NCBI GenBank assembly: GCA_963663805.2
Contig: CAXXMR010000002.1
Location: 32,001-96,000, forward strand
Direction: 5' to 3'
DNA length: 64,000 bases
From: Sedimentisphaerales bacterium
GTDB taxonomy: Bacteria > Planctomycetota > Phycisphaerae > Sedimentisphaerales > SM23-30
Shown: one piece after another, positions 43,112-53,660 of the stretch
How the letters are laid out: each line of letters begins with the position of its first letter
How positions within the stretch are numbered: the first letter of the stretch is position 1
The notes under the pieces: generated by a model
What the model was told of the DNA's origin: nothing
Seen by the model: only the letters and a program-made list of their open reading frames with translations
Databases searched by the model: none
Translations under genes and position numbers: made by a program

Positions 43112-44743
43112 ATGAACAGAAAAGTCATCAACCCACACGAAGCAAAAGAAGAGCTGCTGAAACAATATCCATCCAAGGTCGCCCGTAAGAGAGCGGGGCA
43201 GATTGTTGTCAACCAGCCGAACGCGGAAGGCTGTGTTCCGGAGATTAAGGCCAATGTCAGGACAACTCCGGGGATTATTACTCAACGCGGATGCTCTTAC
43301 GCTGGCTGCAAGGGTGTAGTGCTGGGGCCCACACGTGACATTGTTAATATAACACACGGGCCTATCGGTTGTGGATATTATTCCTGGCTTACCCGCCGCA
43401 ATCAGACCAGGACTCAGGCTGACGAAGACCCTAATTTTATGACTTACTGCTTCTCTACCGATATGCAGGATGAGGAGATTATTTTCGGCGGCGAAAAGAA
43501 ACTCAAAGCCGCTATTCAAGAAGCCTATGACATTTTCAAACCAAAATCTATCGGCATATTCGCTACCTGCCCCGTGGGATTGATTGGCGATGATATTCAC
43601 GCGGTCTCGCGCGAGATGAAGGAAAAACTCGGCATTAACGTTTTTGGTTTCAGTTGTGAAGGCTATAAGGGCGTCAGTCAGTCCGCGGGCCACCATATCG
43701 CTAATAACCAACTATTCAAACATGTGATTGGACGGGACGAGAGTATGCCCGAAGGCAAGTTTAAAATCAACATGCTGGGCGAATATAATATTGGCGGCGA
43801 CGCGTTTATTATCGAAGAACTGCTCAACAAATGCGGCATTACCCTGCACGCCAGTTTCAGCGGCAATTCGACCATAAGCGGTTTTGAGAATTCTCAGCAG
43901 GCTGACCTGAATTGCGTGATGTGCCACAGGTCAATCAATTATGTTGCCGATATGCTGGAGACTAAATACGGCATACCGTGGATTAAAGTTAACTATATAG
44001 GCGCAAACGCAACGGCTAAATCACTGCGGAAGACGGCAGCATATTTTGAGGATAAAGAGCTCGCCCAAACCGTTGAAGATGTTATTGACGCGGAAATGGA
44101 AGAAGTGCGTAAGGTCGCCGAGGACGTAAAGTCCCGCTGCGAAGGCAAGCTGGCGATGTTGTTTGTCGGCGGCAGTCGGGCCCATCATTACCAGGAGCTC
44201 TTTGCGGAAATCGGCATGAAAACGGTGGCAGCGGGTTATGAGTTTGCCCATCGCGACGACTACGAAGGCCGTAAAGTTCTGCCTGACATCAAAATCGACG
44301 CCGACAGCCGTAATATCGAAGAACTCAGCGTCGAGGCTGACCCGGAACATTACAACCCCCGCAAGAGCGCTGCTGAATTAGCGTCCCTGGAAAAAAGCGG
44401 CCTGAAGTTCAAAGATTACGACGGTATGATGCCTGAAATGGAACATCAGACCCTGGTGGTTGACGATATCAGTCATTACGAAAGCGAAAAACTGATTGAA
44501 ATGTATAAGCCTGACATCTTCTGTGCAGGTATTAAAGAGAAATACGCCATCCAGAAAGGCGGTACACCGTGTTTGCAATTGCACAGTTATGACTACGGCG
44601 GACCGTTTGCCGGATTTCAGGGTGCTATTAATTTCTATCGCACTATTGATCGCATGGTGAACGCTAAAATCTGGGAGTTTGTGGAAGCTCCCTGGCAGAA
44701 AACCGCCCGGCCGGAACTGGACGCGGAACTGGCAAACATATAA
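43112..44743 (+). CDS. nifD: Nitrogenase MoFe protein alpha chain (clostridial/anaerobe type with insertion)
   Basis: RGCSYAGC, HGPIGC, ATCPVG, QSAGHH, MCHRS, LHSYDY ligand motifs intact. Confidence 0.97.
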   Translation: MNRKVINPHEAKEELLKQYPSKVARKRAGQIVVNQPNAEGCVPEIKANVRTTPGIITQRGCSYAGCKGVVLGPTRDIVNITHGPIGCGYYSWLTRRNQTRTQADEDPNFMTYCFSTDMQDEEIIFGGEKKLKAAIQEAYDIFKPKSIGIFATCPVGLIGDDIHAVSREMKEKLGINVFGFSCEGYKGVSQSAGHHIANNQLFKHVIGRDESMPEGKFKINMLGEYNIGGDAFIIEELLNKCGITLHASFSGNSTISGFENSQQADLNCVMCHRSINYVADMLETKYGIPWIKVNYIGANATAKSLRKTAAYFEDKELAQTVEDVIDAEMEEVRKVAEDVKSRCEGKLAMLFVGGSRAHHYQELFAEIGMKTVAAGYEFAHRDDYEGRKVLPDIKIDADSRNIEELSVEADPEHYNPRKSAAELASLEKSGLKFKDYDGMMPEMEHQTLVVDDISHYESEKLIEMYKPDIFCAGIKEKYAIQKGGTPCLQLHSYDYGGPFAGFQGAINFYRTIDRMVNAKIWEFVEAPWQKTARPELDAELANI

Positions 44744-44797
44744 CCTCTAAACGGTTTTTCCATCACCGACATAAACTAAATTACAGGAATTAAAACG

Positions 44798-46180
44798 ATG
44801 TTACTGAGACATACCCCCAAAGAAATCAGCGAGCGTAAAGCTTTAACAGTTAATCCCGCCAAAACCTGTCAGCCGATAGGTGCCATGTACGCTGCCTTAG
44901 GGATACACGGCTGTCTGCCGCACAGCCACGGCTCGCAGGGATGCTGTGCCTATCATCGCAGTGCCCTGACCCGCCATTATAAAGAGCCGGTTATGGCCGC
45001 GACCAGTTCGTTTACCGAAGGCTCCTCGGTTTTCGGCGGACAGAGCAACTTACTGCAGGCGATTAACAATATGTTTACCATTTACGAACCTGAAGTAATC
45101 GCTGTGCATACCACCTGCCTGAGCGAAACCATTGGCGACGATATTCCGCAGATTGTCGATAAGGCCGCCAGCAATGGTACGATCCCCAAGGGCAAATATG
45201 TAATTCACGCCAACACTCCCAGCTACGTCGGCAGTCACGTAACCGGTTTCTCCAACATGACCCGGGCAATGGTTACCTATTTTGCCGAACCATCCGAACA
45301 AAAACTGCGTACCGTCAATATCGTGCCCGGCTGGGTAGAGCCGTCTGACATGTCGCACATCAAAAACTTATGCAGGGAAATGGCAATCGATACTATCATG
45401 TTCCCTGATACTTCCGACGTCCTGAACGCCCCCCAGACCGGCAGGCACGAAATGTATCCCAAGGGCGGGGTCACTATCGACCAGCTAAAGAAAACCGGCA
45501 TGAGCCAGGCAACCATCGCTCTGGGCGAAACCACTTCTGCCGCGGCTGCCAAAGAGCTGGACTCCAAATGCAAAGTGCCTTACGAAATTCTTGATTTGCC
45601 AATCGGTTTATCAGCAACCGACCGTTTTATCGATACCCTGCGTAAAGTCGCAAGGGTCGAAGTGCCCCAGTCAATTACCAACTCGCGGGGTAAACTGGTG
45701 GATATGATTACCGATATGCACCAGTATTTCTACGGCAAACGAGTCGCGCTCTGGGGCGACCCGGACCAGTTGGTTGCCCTGACAGAATTCCTGGTCGATC
45801 TCGATATGAAACCGGTTTATATTGTCACCGGTTCGCCGGGCAAAAGATTTCTGGCCCGCATCGAAAAGGCCCTCCAGGGAAAGGTGCCCGAAGCCAAAGT
45901 CAAACAGGGCGCCCATGCCGATATGTTCCTGATGCATCAGTGGATTAAGAATGAGCCGGTAGACCTGCTCATCGGCAACACCTACGGTAAATATATCGCT
46001 CGCGACGAAGATATCCCGCTCATCAGACACGGCTTCCCAATCGTTGACCGGGTGGGACATTCATATTTCCCTTCGGTTGGCTATTGCGGCGCGATGCGGC
46101 TAATCGAAAAAATGCTCAACGCCATACTGGACCGTAAAGACCGCGATGCTTCGGAAGAAAGTTTTGAACTAACCATGTAA
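44798..46180 (+). CDS. nifK: Nitrogenase MoFe protein beta chain
   Basis: NPAKTCQPIGA, HGSQGC, TTCLSETIGDD. Confidence 0.97.
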   Translation: MLLRHTPKEISERKALTVNPAKTCQPIGAMYAALGIHGCLPHSHGSQGCCAYHRSALTRHYKEPVMAATSSFTEGSSVFGGQSNLLQAINNMFTIYEPEVIAVHTTCLSETIGDDIPQIVDKAASNGTIPKGKYVIHANTPSYVGSHVTGFSNMTRAMVTYFAEPSEQKLRTVNIVPGWVEPSDMSHIKNLCREMAIDTIMFPDTSDVLNAPQTGRHEMYPKGGVTIDQLKKTGMSQATIALGETTSAAAAKELDSKCKVPYEILDLPIGLSATDRFIDTLRKVARVEVPQSITNSRGKLVDMITDMHQYFYGKRVALWGDPDQLVALTEFLVDLDMKPVYIVTGSPGKRFLARIEKALQGKVPEAKVKQGAHADMFLMHQWIKNEPVDLLIGNTYGKYIARDEDIPLIRHGFPIVDRVGHSYFPSVGYCGAMRLIEKMLNAILDRKDRDASEESFELTM

Positions 46181-46209
46181 ACGCGATTATTATAAATAGG
46201 AGTTAATCA

Positions 46210-46512
46210 ATGCAAAAACCTAAATATCATTTTTTCATCTGTAACAGTTTCCGCATGAGCGGCGAGCCGCAGGGAGTTTGCAATAAAAAGGATGCGCCGG
46301 CACTATTACAATATCTCGAAGAGGAAATTCTCGACCGCGGGCTCGATGCCATGGTCTCCAGCACCGGTTGTCTAAAATTGTGCGAAAAAGGCCCGGTCAT
46401 GGTCATTTACCCGCAGGCACACTGGTACGGCGAAATAACCGAGGAGAAAATCGACCAGATCCTTGATGCCCTGGAAGATGACTCCGCAGTCGAAAATTAC
46501 CTGATATGTTAA
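46210..46512 (+). CDS. Thioredoxin-like [2Fe-2S] ferredoxin (nif-associated)
   Basis: HFFIC..GVC..TGCLKLCEKGP..YP..WYG. Confidence 0.9.
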   Translation: MQKPKYHFFICNSFRMSGEPQGVCNKKDAPALLQYLEEEILDRGLDAMVSSTGCLKLCEKGPVMVIYPQAHWYGEITEEKIDQILDALEDDSAVENYLIC

Positions 46513-46563
46513 TACGGCCTGTCACTTCTACCTGCAAATCCAGAACATTGGTAATCAAAAGTT

Positions 46564-49500
46564 TTAGCGTATAGTGTATTGTTCGCTAATAACATTGTCC
46601 GTCATGGGGTCTATCACAATATGCATTATTTCACCATTGGGACAGTACCAGGTAACCTCTCTTTTCTGCATGGCATCTGTCCGCGAGGGAATGCCCTCGC
46701 CATAGATCTCAATATCCGGAGCCTGAGTGATTTCACCGTCAAGGGAAATAGCCCAGATATCAATAATAGCGTAAGTTTCCTGAGCAGCTAAATCAGTATC
46801 GGAACGGGTCATTCCCCAAAACGTAATGTTATCATCTGTAGTCACCGCAGGGGTACATTGATCGGTTATGGGAATCACGCTTAAACTAATCGTCCTGTCG
46901 GGATACTCCAGCAGGAGCTGTCGCGAATTCGGGTCCAAAGGTACATTGCTTATTGACGATGCAGTGTTATCGATAATCTTGAACACATCTGAAACATTTT
47001 CCCAAAAACCGTCAATTTGAGGCATAATCCTTACTATCAAAGCATTGCCGCCGTTTTGATAACTGTAGCTTCGGCCATAATATTGAGGATTGGTTGATCT
47101 TAAACTAACAGTAGCCCCTCTATAGTCGTTGGGATGGGCTCTATCCTCATCCTCGTCGGCGTATTTGGTTCGCCATTGCATAAAGATCCAATCGCCTTGC
47201 GGCTGCCAGAGAGCGACAGGGAAGCAGATACACGACAAACCCCAATCGGTCCATTCAATATCATCGAATAGCGGATATTTCGACATCGTCCCCAGACGGA
47301 TATCATGTTCAAGATTATAGGCCTGGGCTACTACTCCACCATAGCAGGGAACCGCTATATCTCTTTGAGAGGAGCCGGCAGACGGCTCGATTGCAGACCA
47401 GCCATGACCACGCGCTTCAGCATTCAGTAATAGTCTCTCCCGGAGAGTGTGTTCGGGTTCCGTAGGTGCGTATGAATCCCAGGGCTTCATATAGTAACGC
47501 TGACTATGTATAGGCATGGTTCCGGTAAGAGCATAACTGCGCAGGGCAGGCATTCTTCGGCCGCCGCCATAAATATCATCGATAAAGAACAATTCATCCA
47601 GCAGATCTTTATATTCCTGATAGCATTGACTGTCAGAATCATCGCTGGTCAACAATAAATATTCCGCGATCAACTCTATACAGACTTCCGAATAACCATC
47701 GCTAAGATGCTCGCCCCAGCCCCAATCATTATTTTTATAGTATTGAGCAGCTTCAAGCATCTTATCTTCAACCATGGCAACATTAGGATCTGATAACGAT
47801 AAGGACTCCTGAACCAGTTTGGCACAAAACAGGTTGCCCATATACATATTCGGATAGCGTAAGTACGAGTATGAAACTTGATAATAAAGATGCGGACGGA
47901 ATTTTAGAAGAAGATTATCAAGTAAAACCTGAGCACCCGAAGTCAATTCCGAACCATAAGAGTATTTCAGCCATAACAGAGCCCTGCACACAAAAAATGT
48001 CATATTACCATCGGTCGCAGCATCTTCATCATAATATGTTTTAATGGTACCAAAATCATTTGTCATATAGTCCAAGGCATTAAGAACATCCGCAACGTTT
48101 GAGTTATCAAGAAGGCTGTATCTGCCTGCCAGCAAAAGATTGACTGCGGAAATCCAGGATGAGCACAAGCGATCTTCGCCTACCGTCGTACTCCACAAAC
48201 CAATGGTATCATCCCATAGCAAATCACCGGCTTCAAGCCAGTCCCAGGTTGCTACCGGCTCAGGATTGAGAGTGGTTGGGTAGCCACTATTAATAACCCA
48301 GATATCATCAAAATCCCAGTCGGCATCGGTAAAGGTGGACTCGGTTTGCATCAATGCTGTTGTTTTACCGGTCGCATCGCCACCGCCCTGACCGATACCG
48401 GTTGCCAGACCGCTTGTTTGTGTGTCCCAGAAACAATCCGTGACAGTTCCGGCATAACGATAGCCCATAAATCCCCCCACGTTAGAACTGCCCGAAACAG
48501 CACCGGTTGAGTAGCAGTTGGCCACCGCTACAGTAGATAACCCAATCGCTCCGCCAATATCATTGCGACCGACAACATCACCCAGGGCATAACAATCCTG
48601 AGTAAGAGCCCCGGCCTGACCCATCAGACCACCGGCCCGATCAGCTACAGAACCGGCATCAACATCTCCGGTGGCATAACAGGAAGAAACCTCAGCCAAA
48701 CTCATCCCGATCAAACCACCCATGCAAATAAACCCGTATGTCGTGCCTGAGCCGGTATAGCTCACATCACCGGTGGCATAACAGTTTATAATAGACTCTG
48801 AGGTAATGTTCGCCTCTCCAACTAAACCACCAGTTCTGGAACCAGAACAGATTACATCACCTGAAGCGTATGAATCAGTTAAGCGAGAACTGCCATGCCA
48901 GCCGATCAGACCGCCGGCGTACCCCGCACTTGAAGAAACTGTTACAATTGTAGATTCGACGGTACCACTGGCGGAACAATCCCAGACATAAGCATTGTTC
49001 TGACCAATCAAGCCGCCAACGAAATTATTGGTTGCCGATACACCTACCGCGGCGGTACAGTCACTTACCGCATGTCCCTGCCCTGTCAGACCAATCAGGC
49101 CGCCAACATACATATAACCGGAAACACTCGTACTGGTAGGATCACTGTTTACTACATGGCAGTCTATAATACAACCATCACTGCGACCGACAAGAGAGCC
49201 TACGTATTCATCACCAGCTATATCAACATTTTCCAGTGTCAGATTCTCAACCACACCATTATTGTGAACACGTCCAAAAAGCCCCACATAATCACTCGAG
49301 CCTGTAATAGTTAGATCTTCAATGGTATATCCATTGCCGTCAAATACTCCGCAAAAACTACCTGCACTCGTATCAACAGGGGCTATTAACGCGCCCGAAT
49401 AGCTACCAACCAGAGTTATATCTTCTACTAATATATAATTGGCACCTACATTTTCGTTAACTTTAAGAAGCTGGTCTTCATTGGATATCTGCCAGGGCGA

Positions 49501-52500
49501 ACTCTCAGAGCCGTCGCCACCATAAAAATCAATAGTATATGCATTGTTAATTGGATATTGGCTATTGGTCGCCATTGGCATATACCAGTCATCATCGAAA
49601 TCCCAGTCAGCATCAGTAAAAGTAGATTCGGTTTGCATCAATGCTGTTGTCTTACCGATCGCATCACCGCTGCCCTGACCGATTCCGGTTGCTTGGCCGC
49701 TGGTCTGTGTGTCCCAGAAACAATCGTTAACCGTACCGGAATAACGCCAGCCCATAAAACCGCCCACTATCGAGTTGCCAGAGACCGCACCGGTCGAGTA
49801 GCAGCGAGTTACTCCTACAGTAGATAATCCAACCGCCCCGCCAATGATACCATCACCCGTAACAGAACCCCGGGCATAACAATCTTCGGTAAGAGCTCCG
49901 GCCTGACCCATCAGGCCGCCAGCGCGGTCACCTGGGCCACTGTCAACATCTCCGGTGGCATAACAGAAGGAAACTTCGGTTATACTCATCCCAATCAATC
50001 CACCAATATAGACACTTCCGGTTGAGCTGCCGGTATAGCTCACATCGCCAGCCGCATAACAGTTTATAATTGAATCGCCAGAACTGCTCGCTTCGCCCAC
50101 CAAACCGCCGGTTCTTACACCTGAGCTTATTACTTCGCCCAAAGCAAAGGAATCGATGATACTCGATGTGCCGTGCCAGCCGACAAGACCACCAACCTGC
50201 CCTTGAGTGGTGGAATTTATAGTAGATTCGACAGTACCACTCGCCGAGCAGTCTGAGACATAAGCATTATTCTGGCCTATTAAACCGCCAACGTGGTAAT
50301 TGCTTGCCGAGACGCCCACCGAGGCAGTACAGTCAATTACCGTGGCTGCCCCGGTCAGACCAATAAGTCCGCCAACATACACAGAGCCGGAAACACCGGT
50401 ACCGGCAGGATTATCATTAACCACATGGCAATCTTCAACATACCCCGCACTGCAGCCGGCCAGCGAGCCTGCGCATTCATCACCACCAACAGCAATATCT
50501 TCAAGCGTAAGATTTTTAACCACACCATCACTGTGAATATAACCAAAAAGACCAACAAAATCATTCGAGCCTGTAATCGTCAAATCTATAATTTTGTATC
50601 CATTGCCATCAAAAGTTCCTGAAAAACTGCCTGAACTCGTATCAACGGCGGCTATTAATGCATCCGAATAGCTGCCGATCAGATATATATCTGCCATTAA
50701 CATATAACTGGCACTTACATCTTCGTTTATTTTGAGAAGCTGGTCCTCATTTGATATAAGCCAGGGGTCGTCAGAGCTGCCGTCACCGTCATCAAAATCA
50801 ATAATATAATTTATCGGGTATTGGGAATTTGTCGCTATCGGCATAGACCAATCATCATCAAAATCCCAGTCAGCATCGGTAAAGGTAGATTCGGTTCTCA
50901 TCAAGACTGTTGTTTTACCGGTCGCATCACCACCGCCCTGACCAATTCCGGTTGCCAGACCGCTGGTCTGCGTGTCCCAGAAACAATCGTTGACCGAGCC
51001 GGAATAACGCCGACCCATAAAACCGCCTACTACTGAAGTGCCGGAGACTGCACCGGTCGAATAACAGTTAGTTACTTCTACTGTGGATAAGCCAACAGCC
51101 CCGCCAATATAAACATTGCCGCTAACATCACCCCGGGCATAACAACCTTCGGTAATATCACCGGCGTGACCCAGCAGACCACCGGCCCGACCGCCTGTAC
51201 CGCCATCAACATCTCCGGTGGCATAACAGGAATAAACCTCGCTCAAACTAATGCCGACCAAACCACCAATATAAACATCTCCGGTTGAAGTGCCGGTATA
51301 GCTTACATTACCGGTGGCATAACAGTTTGTAATGGAATCCCCGGAAGCGTTACCTTCACCTACCAGACCACCGGTTCTAACCCCGGAGCTTATGACTTCG
51401 CCGGTAGCAAAGGAATCGACGATGCTTGATGTACCGTGCCAGCCGACAAGACCACCGGTATGGCCCTGGGTGGTGGAAGTTATAGTACATTCGACAGTAC
51501 CGCTCGCCGAGCAGTCTGAGACATAAGCATTATTCTGGCCAATTAAACCGCCAACGTGGTAATTGCTTGCCGAGACACCTATTTCTGCGGCACAGTCACT
51601 TACAGTACCCGCTCCGGCCAGACCGATAAGGCCGCCAATATACATAGAGCCGGAAACATCCATACTGGTAATTTCATCATAGTTTATCACCCGACAGTTT
51701 TCAATATCGCCATCGCTGCGCCCAACAAGAGAACCAACACACACATCACCGACTATATCAACATTCTCCAATGTCAGATTTTCTATCGTGCCGCTACTGT
51801 GAACGCGTCCGAAAAGCCCGACATAATCATTCGAACCGCCGGAAATCACCAAGTCTATAATTCTATATCCATTGCCGTCAAATGTTCCGGAAAAACTATC
51901 GGTACCCGCATCATTAGCTGATATTAACGCATCCGAATAGCTGCCATAAATTTTTATGTCATTGATTAACACATAACAGGCACTTACATCTTCATTTACT
52001 TTAAGGAGCTGGTCCTCGTTGGATATCTGCCAGGGATCATTAGAGGTGCCATCCCCGCCGTCAAAATCTATAGCATACGCATTATTGATCGGGTAACCAT
52101 TATTTTCCGACATCGGCATAGACCAGTCGTTAACAAAATCCCAACCAGCGTTGGTAAAGGTGGATTGGGTTGTCATCGTATCCGATGGCAGACCTGATGG
52201 ACCCGGCACCGTCACAAGACCGGTCGCATCACCACCACCCTGACCGATTCCATAGTCTTCTGACATGTCGCTTGTTGATGTATCCCAGAAACAATCGTTG
52301 ACCGAGCCGGAATAACGCCGACCCATAAAACCGCCTACTACTGAAGTGCCGGAGACTGCACCGGTCGAATAACAGTTAGTTACTTCTACTGTGGATAAGC
52401 CAACAGCCCCGCCAATATAAACATTGCCGCTAACATCACCCCGGGCATAACAACCTTCGGTAATATCACCGGCGTGACCCAGCAGACCACCGGCCCGACC

Positions 52501-53442
52501 GCCTGTACCGCCATCAACATCTCCGGTGGCATAACAGGAATAAACCTCGCTCAAACTAATGCCGACCAAACCACCAATATAAACATCTCCGGTTGAAGTG
52601 CCGGTATAGCTTACATTACCGGTGGCATAACAGTTTGTAATGGAATCCCCGGAAGCGTTACCTTCACCTACCAGACCACCGGTTCTAACCCCGGAGCTTA
52701 TGACTTCGCCGGTAGCAAAGGAATCGACGATGCTTGATGTACCGTGCCAGCCGACAAGACCACCGACATGGCCCTGGGTGGTGGAAGTTATAGTACATTC
52801 GACAGTACCGCTCGCCGAGCAGTCTGAGACATAAGCATTATTCTGGCCAATTAAACCGCCAACGTGGTAATTGCTTGCCGAGACACCTATTTCTGCGGCA
52901 CAGTCACTTACAGTACCCGCTCCGGCCAGACCGATAAGGCCGCCAATATACATAGAGCCGGAAACATCCATACTGGTAATTTCATCATAGTTTATCACCC
53001 GACAGTTTTCAATATCGCCATCGCTGCGCCCAACAAGAGAACCAACACACACATCACCGACTATATCAACATTCTCCAATGTCAGATTTTCTATCGTGCC
53101 GCTACTGTGAACGCGTCCGAAAAGCCCGACATAATCATTCGAACCGCTGCTGATCGCCAGATCTATAATCGCATATCCATCGCCGTCAAATGTCCCGGAG
53201 AAACTATCCGTACCCGAATCATCGACAGAGATCAACGCATCCGAATAGCTGCCGGAAATATACACATCGCTAACCAATACATAACAGGCACTCACATCTT
53301 CGTTCACTTTAAGAAGCTGAGCCTCTGTGGATATTTGCCAGGGATTATTAGAACTGCCGTCACCGCCATCAAAATCAACGCCATGAACGCAGCTACATGC
53401 AACCAAAAGAACCATTAAATTCAAACATATCATTCTACTCAT
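46564..53442 (-). CDS. Giant secreted GLUG-repeat protein (four ~430-aa modules) with a ~560-aa C-terminal domain of unknown, possibly glycan-active, function
   Basis: Signal peptide; four GDGxxxxPWxIS-started modules with many GGLVG motifs; unique C-terminus. Confidence 0.85.
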   Translation of the reverse strand: MSRMICLNLMVLLVACSCVHGVDFDGGDGSSNNPWQISTEAQLLKVNEDVSACYVLVSDVYISGSYSDALISVDDSGTDSFSGTFDGDGYAIIDLAISSGSNDYVGLFGRVHSSGTIENLTLENVDIVGDVCVGSLVGRSDGDIENCRVINYDEITSMDVSGSMYIGGLIGLAGAGTVSDCAAEIGVSASNYHVGGLIGQNNAYVSDCSASGTVECTITSTTQGHVGGLVGWHGTSSIVDSFATGEVISSGVRTGGLVGEGNASGDSITNCYATGNVSYTGTSTGDVYIGGLVGISLSEVYSCYATGDVDGGTGGRAGGLLGHAGDITEGCYARGDVSGNVYIGGAVGLSTVEVTNCYSTGAVSGTSVVGGFMGRRYSGSVNDCFWDTSTSDMSEDYGIGQGGGDATGLVTVPGPSGLPSDTMTTQSTFTNAGWDFVNDWSMPMSENNGYPINNAYAIDFDGGDGTSNDPWQISNEDQLLKVNEDVSACYVLINDIKIYGSYSDALISANDAGTDSFSGTFDGNGYRIIDLVISGGSNDYVGLFGRVHSSGTIENLTLENVDIVGDVCVGSLVGRSDGDIENCRVINYDEITSMDVSGSMYIGGLIGLAGAGTVSDCAAEIGVSASNYHVGGLIGQNNAYVSDCSASGTVECTITSTTQGHTGGLVGWHGTSSIVDSFATGEVISSGVRTGGLVGEGNASGDSITNCYATGNVSYTGTSTGDVYIGGLVGISLSEVYSCYATGDVDGGTGGRAGGLLGHAGDITEGCYARGDVSGNVYIGGAVGLSTVEVTNCYSTGAVSGTSVVGGFMGRRYSGSVNDCFWDTQTSGLATGIGQGGGDATGKTTVLMRTESTFTDADWDFDDDWSMPIATNSQYPINYIIDFDDGDGSSDDPWLISNEDQLLKINEDVSASYMLMADIYLIGSYSDALIAAVDTSSGSFSGTFDGNGYKIIDLTITGSNDFVGLFGYIHSDGVVKNLTLEDIAVGGDECAGSLAGCSAGYVEDCHVVNDNPAGTGVSGSVYVGGLIGLTGAATVIDCTASVGVSASNYHVGGLIGQNNAYVSDCSASGTVESTINSTTQGQVGGLVGWHGTSSIIDSFALGEVISSGVRTGGLVGEASSSGDSIINCYAAGDVSYTGSSTGSVYIGGLIGMSITEVSFCYATGDVDSGPGDRAGGLMGQAGALTEDCYARGSVTGDGIIGGAVGLSTVGVTRCYSTGAVSGNSIVGGFMGWRYSGTVNDCFWDTQTSGQATGIGQGSGDAIGKTTALMQTESTFTDADWDFDDDWYMPMATNSQYPINNAYTIDFYGGDGSESSPWQISNEDQLLKVNENVGANYILVEDITLVGSYSGALIAPVDTSAGSFCGVFDGNGYTIEDLTITGSSDYVGLFGRVHNNGVVENLTLENVDIAGDEYVGSLVGRSDGCIIDCHVVNSDPTSTSVSGYMYVGGLIGLTGQGHAVSDCTAAVGVSATNNFVGGLIGQNNAYVWDCSASGTVESTIVTVSSSAGYAGGLIGWHGSSRLTDSYASGDVICSGSRTGGLVGEANITSESIINCYATGDVSYTGSGTTYGFICMGGLIGMSLAEVSSCYATGDVDAGSVADRAGGLMGQAGALTQDCYALGDVVGRNDIGGAIGLSTVAVANCYSTGAVSGSSNVGGFMGYRYAGTVTDCFWDTQTSGLATGIGQGGGDATGKTTALMQTESTFTDADWDFDDIWVINSGYPTTLNPEPVATWDWLEAGDLLWDDTIGLWSTTVGEDRLCSSWISAVNLLLAGRYSLLDNSNVADVLNALDYMTNDFGTIKTYYDEDAATDGNMTFFVCRALLWLKYSYGSELTSGAQVLLDNLLLKFRPHLYYQVSYSYLRYPNMYMGNLFCAKLVQESLSLSDPNVAMVEDKMLEAAQYYKNNDWGWGEHLSDGYSEVCIELIAEYLLLTSDDSDSQCYQEYKDLLDELFFIDDIYGGGRRMPALRSYALTGTMPIHSQRYYMKPWDSYAPTEPEHTLRERLLLNAEARGHGWSAIEPSAGSSQRDIAVPCYGGVVAQAYNLEHDIRLGTMSKYPLFDDIEWTDWGLSCICFPVALWQPQGDWIFMQWRTKYADEDEDRAHPNDYRGATVSLRSTNPQYYGRSYSYQNGGNALIVRIMPQIDGFWENVSDVFKIIDNTASSISNVPLDPNSRQLLLEYPDRTISLSVIPITDQCTPAVTTDDNITFWGMTRSDTDLAAQETYAIIDIWAISLDGEITQAPDIEIYGEGIPSRTDAMQKREVTWYCPNGEIMHIVIDPMTDNVISEQYTIR
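50975..53147. repeat. Near-exact intragenic direct repeat (50975-51839 vs 52283-53147; offset 1308 bp)
   Basis: Nucleotide identity visible; near-identical shadow ORFs at 51332 and 52640. Confidence 0.95.
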
Positions 53443-53660
53443 AATAAAATTCCCTTCATTCTAGAAAGAACGTTGCTCACATGTATCAAAAATTTATTTA
53501 AGAAAACTCGACCTAACCCAAAACCTAGTTAAGCTGATATCTCAGGATGCAGACAGCGCATTGCCGACATTGTCGGTATTTCGTCCGGCATTGTAACGGC
53601 CATCAGATACCGCTTCAATTGATGAAAGACATGAAGGTTTGTATAAATCAGAGTTTTTTA

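Noticed and set aside
53531..53625. Hammerhead-like CTGATG...CGAAA on the minus strand upstream of the GLUG gene
   Set aside because: Lacks the conserved CUGAUGA and a proper stem I; only a generic imperfect hairpin can be supported
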